64,000 nt of DNA from Vulcanimicrobiota bacterium. GTDB taxonomy: Bacteria; Vulcanimicrobiota; Vulcanimicrobiia; Vulcanimicrobiales; Vulcanimicrobiaceae. This document shows, in pieces, positions 7,708 through 16,538 of this stretch. The translations under genes were made by a program, and so were the position numbers. The stretch lies in contig CAWCIZ010000001.1 of assembly GCA_963795855.1 (NCBI GenBank), positions 512,001-576,000 on the forward strand. The letters are read 5' to 3'. Position 1 is the stretch's first letter. Every line of letters begins with the position of its first letter. The notes under the pieces are model-generated. The model did not search any database. It was not told where the DNA came from and worked only from the letters and a program-made list of their open reading frames with translations.

Positions 7708-9039
7708 ATGTTCGATCAACTTTCGGATCGGTTGAACGCGATCTTCTCGCGTTTGACCGGTCGAGGACGGCTAAGCGAGAGTGACGTCAACGAAGTGATG
7801 CGCGAAGTGCGCATCGCTTTGCTTGAGGCCGACGTTTCGCTTTCCGCCGCCAAAGAATTCGTCAACCGCGTCAAGGAGAAGGCGGTTGGAGCGGACGTCA
7901 TGGCCTCGCTTTCGCCCGCGCAGACGATCGTCAAGATCGTACACGAAGAACTCGTCGACTTGCTGGGCGGCGCGGAAGCTCGTCTGCAGTTTTCCGACGC
8001 GCCTCCCTCGATTATCATGCTCGTCGGTCTGCAGGGTTCCGGTAAGACCACGCATGCCGGCAAGCTCGCGCTGCGTTTGAAAGAGCAAGGCCGCCGCAGC
8101 ATGCTCGTCGCCGCGGACGTCTACCGCCCGGCCGCGATCGCGCAATTGCAGACTTTGGGCAAACAAATCGATCTGCCGGTTTTCGAGCAAGGTCAGGGCG
8201 ATCCGGTGAAGATCGCGCGCAACGGCGTCGCTGAAGCCAAACGTCTGGGCATCTCCACGGTGATCGTCGACACGGCGGGCCGACTCCAAATCGACGAAGA
8301 TCTCATGGCCGAACTCGAGCGCATCAAAGCGGCGTTGAATCCAAAAGAAGTGTTGTTCGTTGCCGACGCGATGACGGGACAGGAAGCCACGAACGTCGCC
8401 AAGGGCTTCAACGATCGGCTCGGCGTCACGGGCGTTATTCTCACGAAGCTCGACGGCGATACGCGCGGCGGCGCGGCGCTCTCGATACATAAGGTGACGG
8501 GCGCGCCGATCAAATTCATCGGCGTCGGCGAAAAACTCTCCGCGCTCGAACCCTTCCATCCCGACCGGCTCGCGTCGCGCATTCTCGGAATGGGCGACGT
8601 CCTCACGCTCATCGAACGAACGCAAAACCTGTACTCCGCGGAGCAGGCCAAAGAACTCGAGCAGAAGATGCTAAAACAGCGCTTCACGCTCGACGACTTC
8701 TTGGATCAGATGCGTCAAATCCGCAAGATGGGGTCGATGACGGACATCCTGAAGATGATTCCCGGCGTCTCGCGAGCGCTGCCGAAAGATTTTGAAATTC
8801 CTGATGCCGACGTCAAGCGCATCGAAGCGATCATCTGCTCGATGACGCGCCGCGAGCGGCAGAATCCGGACGTACTGAACGGTTCTCGCCGCAAGCGCAT
8901 CGCGCAAGGGAGTGGGACGCAAGTGGCCGACGTGAACCGTCTGGTCAAGCGTTTCGAAGAAGCCCGCAAGATGATGAAGCAGATGGGCTTCGGCGGCAAA
9001 AGACGCCCGCGCATTCCGCTCGGAATCCGCGGCCGATAA
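7708..9039 (+). CDS. ffh: signal recognition particle protein
   Basis: GLQGSGKTT, DTAGR, TKLDGDTRGGAALS, M domain (SRRKRIAQGSG). Confidence 0.98.
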   Translation: MFDQLSDRLNAIFSRLTGRGRLSESDVNEVMREVRIALLEADVSLSAAKEFVNRVKEKAVGADVMASLSPAQTIVKIVHEELVDLLGGAEARLQFSDAPPSIIMLVGLQGSGKTTHAGKLALRLKEQGRRSMLVAADVYRPAAIAQLQTLGKQIDLPVFEQGQGDPVKIARNGVAEAKRLGISTVIVDTAGRLQIDEDLMAELERIKAALNPKEVLFVADAMTGQEATNVAKGFNDRLGVTGVILTKLDGDTRGGAALSIHKVTGAPIKFIGVGEKLSALEPFHPDRLASRILGMGDVLTLIERTQNLYSAEQAKELEQKMLKQRFTLDDFLDQMRQIRKMGSMTDILKMIPGVSRALPKDFEIPDADVKRIEAIICSMTRRERQNPDVLNGSRRKRIAQGSGTQVADVNRLVKRFEEARKMMKQMGFGGKRRPRIPLGIRGR

Positions 9040-9075
9040 AGATTTAGCACAACACGAAGCTGATTTGGGGTTATC

Positions 9076-9372
9076 ATGGTTAAGATCAGGCTGCGCCGCA
9101 TGGGCGCAAAAAAACAACCGACGTATCGTTTTGTAGTGGCGGACGCCCGTTCGCCGCGCGACGGCCGTTTCATCGAAATTCTCGGTCATTACAATCCGCG
9201 CGTCGAACCGCGCGAAATCGTCGTGAACGAAGAGAAGGCCAAGGCGTGGCTCGCCAAAGGCGCGCAGCCGTCGGATACGGTGCGACGTCTTTTCGCGGAA
9301 AAAGGCATCATGGAGCGCGGAGCCATTCCCGAGACCAAGCGCAAACCGAAATCGCAGGAAGGCGCCGGATAA
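9076..9372 (+). CDS. rpsP: 30S ribosomal protein S16
   Basis: [41 protein letters not shown]. Confidence 0.98.
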   Translation: MVKIRLRRMGAKKQPTYRFVVADARSPRDGRFIEILGHYNPRVEPREIVVNEEKAKAWLAKGAQPSDTVRRLFAEKGIMERGAIPETKRKPKSQEGAG

Positions 9373-9947
9373 TGAGCTCCTTCGATGACGAATTCGGCCT
9401 GTTCGGTGAAGGCGCCGAAGAGGGCGAACGTCGTTCGACGTTAGGCGCGCGCAAGATCGCCTCGAGCGAGACGATCATCGACGATATCGAGCCGGAAGAC
9501 GACGCGCCGCGTAAACGTACCGGAGAGCGCGGACCTCGCTTCGCCAAAGGCGGCGGCGGGAGGCCGCGTCAGGCCGGTGCGCATCGTGAGCCGGCCGATC
9601 CCGAAGCAGCGCGCGAACGTGCCGGACGTCTGCTGCAGTTCTTGGCGAAGAAGCTCGTCGCGAAACCCGACGTTGTGACGGTCGATTACTTTCCGCCGGA
9701 AAACGGCGAGAGCGCTGTAATCGAGCTCGTCGTGGATCCGGACGATATCGGAAAGGTGATCGGGCGAAACGGGCGCGTGGCGCAGGCGTTGCGCACCATC
9801 GTACGCGCGACTGCCGAAGGGCGCGTTTCCGTCGAAATCTTCGATTCGAGCGAACTCGAAGCGGAAGAAGGCGAATCGGAGGACGATGCCGAGCTCGAAT
9901 CAGCTCCCCGTCGGGCGCATCGCCGGACTTTTCGGAATACGCGGTGA
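9372..9947 (+). CDS. khpA: KH-domain RNA-binding protein with long N-terminal extension
   Basis: DDIGKVIGRNGRVAQALRTIV KH motif; lies between rpsP and rimM; ATG overlaps the rpsP TAA. Confidence 0.88.
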   Translation: MSSFDDEFGLFGEGAEEGERRSTLGARKIASSETIIDDIEPEDDAPRKRTGERGPRFAKGGGGRPRQAGAHREPADPEAARERAGRLLQFLAKKLVAKPDVVTVDYFPPENGESAVIELVVDPDDIGKVIGRNGRVAQALRTIVRATAEGRVSVEIFDSSELEAEEGESEDDAELESAPRRAHRRTFRNTR

Positions 9948-10407
9948 ACTCAAGTGCGACCCGACAAGTGCGGGTCGCACGCTTTTTTCGGCGGGCGAAC
10001 GCTTCCACTTGTGCCTCTCGAATGGGGCATGGGAAGACGCGGAAGTTACCGCAGTGCGAGAACACAAAGGCCGATTGTTGATCCGTCTGCAAGGGGTGCT
10101 TACCGCAACGGATGGCGAGCGGTATGCGGGCGCGACGTTCTATGCCGATCGTGAACGCATCGAATTGCAGAGCGGCGAGTACCTCGACGTCGATTTGGTT
10201 GGGTGCATGCTTTACGACCCGCAAGGAAAACCGCTGGGCAAAGTCACTGCCGTGGAGCACTATCCCAGTTCCGACATGCTTGTCGTAAACGGCAAGCTCG
10301 TGCCGATGGTCGCCGCATTCATGCAGTCGATCGATCTCGCCGACAAGCGCATTGTCACGGACCTGCCGCCGGGACTGCTGGACGACGAAAATGCCGACGA
10401 GGCTTAA
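9886..10407 (+). CDS. rimM: 16S rRNA processing protein RimM
   Basis: VGRIAGLFGIRGELK, GEYLDVDLVG, PRC-barrel C-terminus; gene context. Confidence 0.93.
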   Translation: MPSSNQLPVGRIAGLFGIRGELKCDPTSAGRTLFSAGERFHLCLSNGAWEDAEVTAVREHKGRLLIRLQGVLTATDGERYAGATFYADRERIELQSGEYLDVDLVGCMLYDPQGKPLGKVTAVEHYPSSDMLVVNGKLVPMVAAFMQSIDLADKRIVTDLPPGLLDDENADEA

Positions 10408-10416
10408 GGGGAGCGC

Positions 10417-11439
10417 CTAGGCGTTTTCCGGATGCGCTGCGGCATACGCCTGCACGGCGCTGCCGACTGCATCTTTCAGCGAACCGGACGTTGCCGTTTG
10501 CGTCGCCAGCTTCGCGCCCCAGCACGTGTACACGTCCAAATTGAACGTCCACTGGGTGCGCGAGCCGAGGCCGTGGTGCGTGGTCGCCGCGCTCAGCGTT
10601 CCCGTCGCGATCGTGTTGTTGCGGTTCGTGCCGCACAGCGCGTCGGCTTCTTTCGTGAGGTTCATGCCCGACGATGCGGTCATGTGCGCGTAGTAGCGTT
10701 GGTTCAGCGCCGCATACAACTGCGAGGTCGCGGAAGACAGATCGTTCGCCGGAACGGTTCCGTTCACGCGTGCGACGAGTACGCCTTTACTCGGTTTGAC
10801 GACTTTCGGCGCGGCCGCCGTCGATTTGCCCTTGTGTTTGAACAGGCCGGCTATGTCGGCGAGTCCCTTACCGATGTTCGCTTGATTGTTGGCCATCGGC
10901 GTTGCGGTCGCGGTTGCTTGCGCTTGTTCGTATTGCTCCTGCAGGCCGCGTTCTTGCGCGATGATACTGTCGTGAATCGCAATCGCTTGGGAGGATGCAT
11001 CGGCGAACGTTTGAATCTGCGCCGTCTGCCCGAACTCCATGGTTCCGCTTCGCGTCGAAACCACTTGCTCGACGAGTGAGACGCCGTTGCCGAGCGGCGT
11101 CATATAGCCGCTCACGTAGTAATCGGCGTTCACGCTTTTGGCGTATTTCAGGTAGTCGCTTTCCTTGACGGTGGACGGCGCGCCGATCGTGTCGATTCCG
11201 CCCGCCGCGTTCATCTGCTCGACGAAGAGATTCGCGGCTTTCTCGCCGTTGCCGGCCGCGATGTCGGTGCTCGTGCCGAACGGAAAGACGACGACGATCG
11301 GCAAGCTCTGCACCGGCGTTGCAGCGGGTACCGGAACCGGCGTTGCCGTCGGCTTGGGCGTTGGACGCGGCGGTGCGGCGCCGGTCAGCGCTACACTCAA
11401 ACAAAGCAAGAACACTGCGGAAAAGCGACGCACGAACAT
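10417..11439 (-). CDS. hypothetical secreted protein
   Basis: GAGAGG RBS; signal peptide MFVRRFSAVFLLCLSVALTGA; P/T-rich linker. Confidence 0.8.
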   Translation of the reverse strand: MFVRRFSAVFLLCLSVALTGAAPPRPTPKPTATPVPVPAATPVQSLPIVVVFPFGTSTDIAAGNGEKAANLFVEQMNAAGGIDTIGAPSTVKESDYLKYAKSVNADYYVSGYMTPLGNGVSLVEQVVSTRSGTMEFGQTAQIQTFADASSQAIAIHDSIIAQERGLQEQYEQAQATATATPMANNQANIGKGLADIAGLFKHKGKSTAAAPKVVKPSKGVLVARVNGTVPANDLSSATSQLYAALNQRYYAHMTASSGMNLTKEADALCGTNRNNTIATGTLSAATTHHGLGSRTQWTFNLDVYTCWGAKLATQTATSGSLKDAVGSAVQAYAAAHPENA

Positions 11440-11453
11440 CCTCTCGAAGCCGA

Positions 11454-12138
11454 TCATTGTAACCCACTTACAAACGCCGCGATCGCTGCGTTCGTTTCCG
11501 CGGGACGCTCGACCATCACGAAGTGGCCGGCGTCCCGGATCATTCGCGCCTGAGCGCCGCGAACCCGGCCGGCGAGCGCGGCCGCATGCTTGGCCGGCGC
11601 CAGCTTGTCCGCTTCTCCCGTAAGCGCGAGCACCGGCAGGCGTATCCGATCGACACGGTCCAGCGCATCGAAGGCATCGCAAGCGCGAAAATCGCGAACC
11701 GTTTGTGCTTGACCGACGGCCAGCATCATTCCGACTGCCGCGTCCACGCGGTCCCGGCGTCGCGTCGGCGAAAAAGTATGACGCGATCGTGCGCGCACCG
11801 CTCTCGAAGTCTCGTTCACACTCGTCGATGAATGCGGGCGCGACGCGCATACGAGCGCCGCCGCCCAGAAGCACCACGCCAACGAGCCATGACGGCGCGC
11901 GGAGCGCGAGATCGATCGCGATCGCCGCGCCCATCGAATGTCCGCAAACGACGAGCGGATGCGTATCGTGCTCCTCCGCAATCGAGCAAACGGCATCGGC
12001 AAATTCCGCTACGGAGGCGGCGGAGCCGGCCTGCAGATGTCCGGGCAAGTTCGGCGCGATCGATCCGCGAAATGCAGGCAGCTGCGCGTCGAACACTGCT
12101 CCGGTGCAGCCGGCGCCATGTACGAACAGCAGCGTCAC
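11454..12138 (-). CDS. alpha/beta hydrolase (frameshift near 11755)
   Basis: FVHGAG and GHSMG in one frame; GEADKL and AGHFVMVERP in another; GTG coupled to the upstream stop. Confidence 0.85.
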
Positions 12139-13010
12139 GACGCTGCTTTGCCTTCCGTTTCCAAGACCGCTCCTTCGGCGTCGCACACCGGATCGACGAG
12201 CGGTGCCACGCGTTCGGTGCCTTTGAGATGCGCCCAGCCCGCCGACAACTCGGCGCCGAACAAAAATATCACGCCGATCAGGTAGAACCATAGCAAAAGA
12301 ACGAGGGGAGCGGAAAGTGCGCCGTAGACGCGAGTGAAGTCGACGTGCACCGTGTAGAACGCGAACGCAAACTGTACCGCGGGCCACATCAGCGCGACGA
12401 AGGACGCGCCCGGTACCGCGAAGCGCCAGCGCACGCTCCGATTCGGGAGAAACGTGTACAGGAAGATCACGGTGACGAACACGAGTGCCATCGAGATGCC
12501 GTACGCGAGAAGTTCGGAGACGTTGCGCGGGTCGATCACATGCGCGTATGCGAACACGACTGAAACGGCTACCGGCATGCCGATTGCCAGAATCATGATG
12601 ATCCCCGTGATGGGCAGCATGACCAGCGAGAGCGCCATGTCGTGCAGCAGCGGCCGGCTCTTCGGCACCGCAAGGGCGCGATTGAGCGCGTACGCCAGGC
12701 CCATGAAGAGATTTTTGGCAGCCCATACGACGACGACGAACGCGATCGCGCTTGAGACGCCTCGCCCGTACACGTACGTGCGAAGATTCGCTGCCACGGT
12801 ATCGTGCAGCGCCGGCGCAAACGTGTCGAAAAAATTGAGGACTTGCTTATCGGCGTTCGGAAAGATCAGCGAGGCGGCGGTCAAGACCAGAACGAGCAGC
12901 GGGAAGATTGCAAACAGCGCGTTGAATGCGATGGCCTGTGACAAGAACGCGCAGCCGTCGCGGGAGAACCGCATGCCGGCTTCCCGAAATGCTAAGATGA
13001 GCCGCATCAC
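12135..13010 (-). CDS. YihY/BrkB family membrane protein
   Basis: AIAFNALFAIFPL, LNRAL, YGALSAPLVLLLWFYL, GAEL motifs. Confidence 0.9.
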   Translation of the reverse strand: MMRLILAFREAGMRFSRDGCAFLSQAIAFNALFAIFPLLVLVLTAASLIFPNADKQVLNFFDTFAPALHDTVAANLRTYVYGRGVSSAIAFVVVVWAAKNLFMGLAYALNRALAVPKSRPLLHDMALSLVMLPITGIIMILAIGMPVAVSVVFAYAHVIDPRNVSELLAYGISMALVFVTVIFLYTFLPNRSVRWRFAVPGASFVALMWPAVQFAFAFYTVHVDFTRVYGALSAPLVLLLWFYLIGVIFLFGAELSAGWAHLKGTERVAPLVDPVCDAEGAVLETEGKAAS

Positions 13011-13034
13011 CTGCGGTATTATCGCGGTCCGGAC

Positions 13035-13545
13035 GTGATTTTCCCACTAGCCGCGGCGGCCCTTACGGTCCTGCTCGACGGCGTCCCGCTGCGTTCGTAC
13101 AACAAGCCGTACATTGCAGGCGGCCATGTCATGGCGCCGCTGGAACCGTACGTAACCGCGCTTGCCGCAAGCATTGAATTCGACGGCCGCGCGCTGATCG
13201 TGCGGCGAGGCGATATCTTCGCGCAGCTGCCGATGAGCGCCGCGCCGGATCCCGAGCGTTACGAGTCGACGTACGTCGAATTCGCACCGCTCGCGCGAAC
13301 GCTGGGGCTTCGCGTACGCTTCGACGCGCGCACGCGAACGCTGTACGTTCACACGCCGCGCGCAGCGTTCGCGACGCCGACGCCGTTCAATCCGGCGGTG
13401 CCGCACGTGCTGCCGAGCGCGGTGTTCACGCCAACGCCTGCGGTAACGCGCGCGGCCGAAGGTCAGCGGGACGCCGCTCCCGCGCCGGACTCCGCTGCCT
13501 GCGCAATCGCCGCCAAGTCCCGCTCCCCGAGACCGCGTTCGCTAG
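13035..13545 (+). CDS. copper amine oxidase N-terminal-like (stalk) domain protein (probable frameshift near 13449)
   Basis: PYIAGGHVMAPL and YVEFAPLARTLGLRVRFDA; the Pro-rich tail continues in another frame (PKVSGTPLPRRTPLP) to TAG 13545. Confidence 0.6.
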
Positions 13546-14332
13546 CGGCGCGCAGCGCGCTTTCAACCGCAGCGATCACGGGCAGTTCGAGCTTTCCGGC
13601 GGAACGCAGCATCAACTCGGCATCCTTACGCGCCATGTCGAGCGTCCAAGTCGGTTCGTAATCGCCTTGCGCCATGCGCTTCCCGCGGCCGCCGATTTGC
13701 CCGCAGGGGTCGTACTGCTGGAAAAGGGTGTACGCGGTCTCGCGATCCACGCCGTTGGCCTGTGCGATCGAGAACATGTCGTTCATGCCGCCGACTACAG
13801 CCAGAATCATCGCGTTGCCCATCAGTTTGAAAACCGCTGCGAGATCGCTGCGTTCGCCTACATGCCACAGGGAGCCGGTCATGGGCTCGAGTGCGGGACG
13901 GACGCTTTCGAAGATGCTTTTGTCTCCCGAGGCCAGCATCAAGCCGGTCGCCGCCGCCGCGTTCGGCGGCCCCATGAACACCGGCGCGTGTTGAAACGGG
14001 ATGCCGCAGCCGGACAGGCGCCGGCGGCGCGGTTCGACGTTTTGAGGCAGAACAGTCGTGTGATCGATCACGGGAGTTCCGCGCGCGATGCCCTCGAGTG
14101 CAGCGTCCAGCGTCGAGTCGACCGACTCGTCGCTGCGCAAGCAGAGATGCACGCGCTGCGCACCGCGCGCCGCTTCAGCCGGCGAAGCAACGGCCCGTGC
14201 GCCGAAAGCCTCTAGCGCCTGCGCTTTTTCGAACGTGCGGTTCCAAACGCGTACGGTGATGCCGCGCCGCGAAAGAGCTCGAACGAAACCGGAGCCGAGC
14301 ATGCCGGCTCCGAAAAACGCGACCGTTTCCAT
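13463..14332 (-). CDS. NAD(P)-dependent oxidoreductase, 3-hydroxyisobutyrate dehydrogenase family
   Basis: METVAFFGAGMLG, VWNRT, HAPVFMGP, KLMGN motifs. Confidence 0.9.
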   Translation of the reverse strand: METVAFFGAGMLGSGFVRALSRRGITVRVWNRTFEKAQALEAFGARAVASPAEAARGAQRVHLCLRSDESVDSTLDAALEGIARGTPVIDHTTVLPQNVEPRRRRLSGCGIPFQHAPVFMGPPNAAAATGLMLASGDKSIFESVRPALEPMTGSLWHVGERSDLAAVFKLMGNAMILAVVGGMNDMFSIAQANGVDRETAYTLFQQYDPCGQIGGRGKRMAQGDYEPTWTLDMARKDAELMLRSAGKLELPVIAAVESALRAASERGLGERDLAAIAQAAESGAGAASR

Positions 14333-14334
14333 CT

Positions 14335-16047
14335 TTACGCCATACCCAGAACGCTCGCTGCGCGTTGCGCGACCTCGCGCAGAACGCCCGGATCGAATGG
14401 CGATCGCAACCCCGCCGTGCGAACCAGCGCCGGAAACGGAAGCGTTCCCCCACGCGCGCACAACGTGCGATAGTCCGAAACGGCGCCGTCGAAGTCGTCG
14501 AGCGACTTCGACCAAAACTGCAGCGCGCAGCACATCGCGAGCGTGTAGTCGATGTAGTAGAACGGCATTTGGTAGACGTGGCGCTGCAACTGCCAGAAGC
14601 CGCCGCGCTCCAAGTGTTCGATGCCGCCGTATCTGCGCCAGGGAAGATACGTCGCTTCGAGCTGCTTCCAGAACGAATTGCGTTCCTGCGGCGACGCATC
14701 CGGGTTCTCGTACACGAAATGCTGGAAGTGATCGACCGCCGCACCGTACGGCAGAAAAATGATCGACGACTTGAGGTGCTGCTGCCGGTACCGCTGCGCG
14801 TCTTCGCCGAAGAAGCGCTCGAGCTGCGGCCACGTCAAGAACTCCATCGACATCGAATGCACTTCGCATGCTTCGTACGTCGGCCACACGTAATCGGAGA
14901 CCGGCAAGTCTCGGCTCGAATAGTTCTGGAAAGCGTGGCCCATCTCGTGGACGAGCACGTTGACGTCGTGCGTCGTGCCGTTGAAGTTTGCAAAGATGTA
15001 AGGAAGGCCGTAGGTCGGAAAGCTCGTGCAGAAACCGCCGCCCGCTTTGCGATCGCGGGAACGCAGGTCGAGCAGGTCGCGATCGATCATCAGCGCTGCG
15101 AAGTCGCCGATTTCCGGGCCCAGTGCCTTGAACGCTTCGCGTGCGCGCCCCAGCATGCGGTCGTAATCCTGCGGCGGTTCGGGCGCGCCGTCGACGTCGA
15201 AGATCGCCTCGTCCCAAATCATGATCTCGTCAATCCCGAGATCGCGCGCTTGCTGCTCCCGAATGCGTTGCGCGAGCGGGACGATTTCGCGCACGATCTC
15301 TTCACGATAACGCGCGACGTCGGCCGCTCCGTAGTCGGTGCGCGTGAGACGGCGGTACGCCAGCTCCGTAAAGTTGTGATATTCGAGTTCGCGCGCCATC
15401 TCCGTGCGCACGTGAACGAGCGCGTCGTAAATGCGGTCGAGCTGCTCCCGATTGCGCGAGAAGAACTCCCACTTTACGATTGCAGCCTCTCGACGCACGT
15501 CGCGGTCGCGGTTTTCTGCGAACTTGCCCATCTTGGGCAGATTCAATTTTTCGCCGCGGAAGTCGAATTCGGCTTTGGCGAGCAGCTCGGTGTACTGGTC
15601 CTGAAGCTGCGCTTCTTTGACGGCGAACGGCTCGACGACGGGATCGTATGCGGTTACCTCGGTTTCCCACCGCGCGAACAGGTACTCGCCGAGCGTGCTT
15701 TCCAGCTCGCGCCGCAAAGGCGAGCCTAGAAACTTTTTCTTCACGGAGACTTCGAGGCCGGTGATCTTCGGACGCAACTCGTTGAGTGCGTCGGACTCCG
15801 CTTTGTATTGCGCGTTGCCCGTGTCTTGTTCGAAATGCAGATCGACGAGCGCGGACCAACTCATGAATTCGCGGCGCGCGTTTTCCCAGCGCTCGAGCAC
15901 GGAGAGCGCTTGGGCTACGCTGCTTGCGCGGTCCAGATCGGCGATGAGCTGATCGTAGAGGGCGCGCATGCCTTCGAAGTCGGGCGGCTGAGCGGTAACG
16001 TCGGCGAAGCGGCGGGCGGGTTTAAACGTCGGCGGTGCAGTCAGCAT
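14335..16047 (-). CDS. M3 family oligoendopeptidase
   Basis: HEMGH zinc motif, EVHSMSME, PFYYIDY. Confidence 0.93.
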   Translation of the reverse strand: MLTAPPTFKPARRFADVTAQPPDFEGMRALYDQLIADLDRASSVAQALSVLERWENARREFMSWSALVDLHFEQDTGNAQYKAESDALNELRPKITGLEVSVKKKFLGSPLRRELESTLGEYLFARWETEVTAYDPVVEPFAVKEAQLQDQYTELLAKAEFDFRGEKLNLPKMGKFAENRDRDVRREAAIVKWEFFSRNREQLDRIYDALVHVRTEMARELEYHNFTELAYRRLTRTDYGAADVARYREEIVREIVPLAQRIREQQARDLGIDEIMIWDEAIFDVDGAPEPPQDYDRMLGRAREAFKALGPEIGDFAALMIDRDLLDLRSRDRKAGGGFCTSFPTYGLPYIFANFNGTTHDVNVLVHEMGHAFQNYSSRDLPVSDYVWPTYEACEVHSMSMEFLTWPQLERFFGEDAQRYRQQHLKSSIIFLPYGAAVDHFQHFVYENPDASPQERNSFWKQLEATYLPWRRYGGIEHLERGGFWQLQRHVYQMPFYYIDYTLAMCCALQFWSKSLDDFDGAVSDYRTLCARGGTLPFPALVRTAGLRSPFDPGVLREVAQRAASVLGMA

Positions 16048-16119
16048 GCGCTACGCTACACCGCCGGCGCCGCCGCACCTGCGCTTGTGAACGTTACTTA
16101 CTTATGATAGCCTTGATGC

Positions 16120-16482
16120 GTGGGAGAACCGACAACGAGCAGTCACGCGGCACAGGCGCCGGCCGGGCACGCCGAACTGTGTCCGCGGTACCATCAGGCG
16201 GTGGAATTGATCGGCAAGCGCTGGACGGGCGCGATCGTTCGAACGCTGCTGAGCGGTCCGCGCCGCTTCAACGAATTGCTGGGAGCGATTCCGGGAATCT
16301 CCGACCGGCTGCTCACGGAACGGCTGCGCGAACTCGAAGCGGAAGGGATCGCGCGGCGTGAGGTGGTCCCCGAATCGCCGGTTCGCGTCATGTACGAACT
16401 CACGCAGTCCGGCACCGAGCTCGGGCCCGCGCTCGACGAAATTGCGCGGTGGGCTGAACGCTGGATCGAGCCGCCCGAGTAA
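16120..16482 (+). CDS. HxlR family winged-helix regulator
   Basis: CP...AVELIGKRW, RFNEL, LTERLRELE, VMYELT. Confidence 0.92.
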   Translation: MGEPTTSSHAAQAPAGHAELCPRYHQAVELIGKRWTGAIVRTLLSGPRRFNELLGAIPGISDRLLTERLRELEAEGIARREVVPESPVRVMYELTQSGTELGPALDEIARWAERWIEPPE

Positions 16483-16538
16483 CGTCGCGGTTCGCGGCGC
16501 GAAGGCTCCGCGCAGCGCATTTTTGAAAAGCCCGAAGC

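Noticed and set aside
10417..12726. 769-aa hydrolase/secreted-protein fusion
   Set aside because: Produced by the frameshift near 11755; the downstream gene has its own RBS and signal peptide
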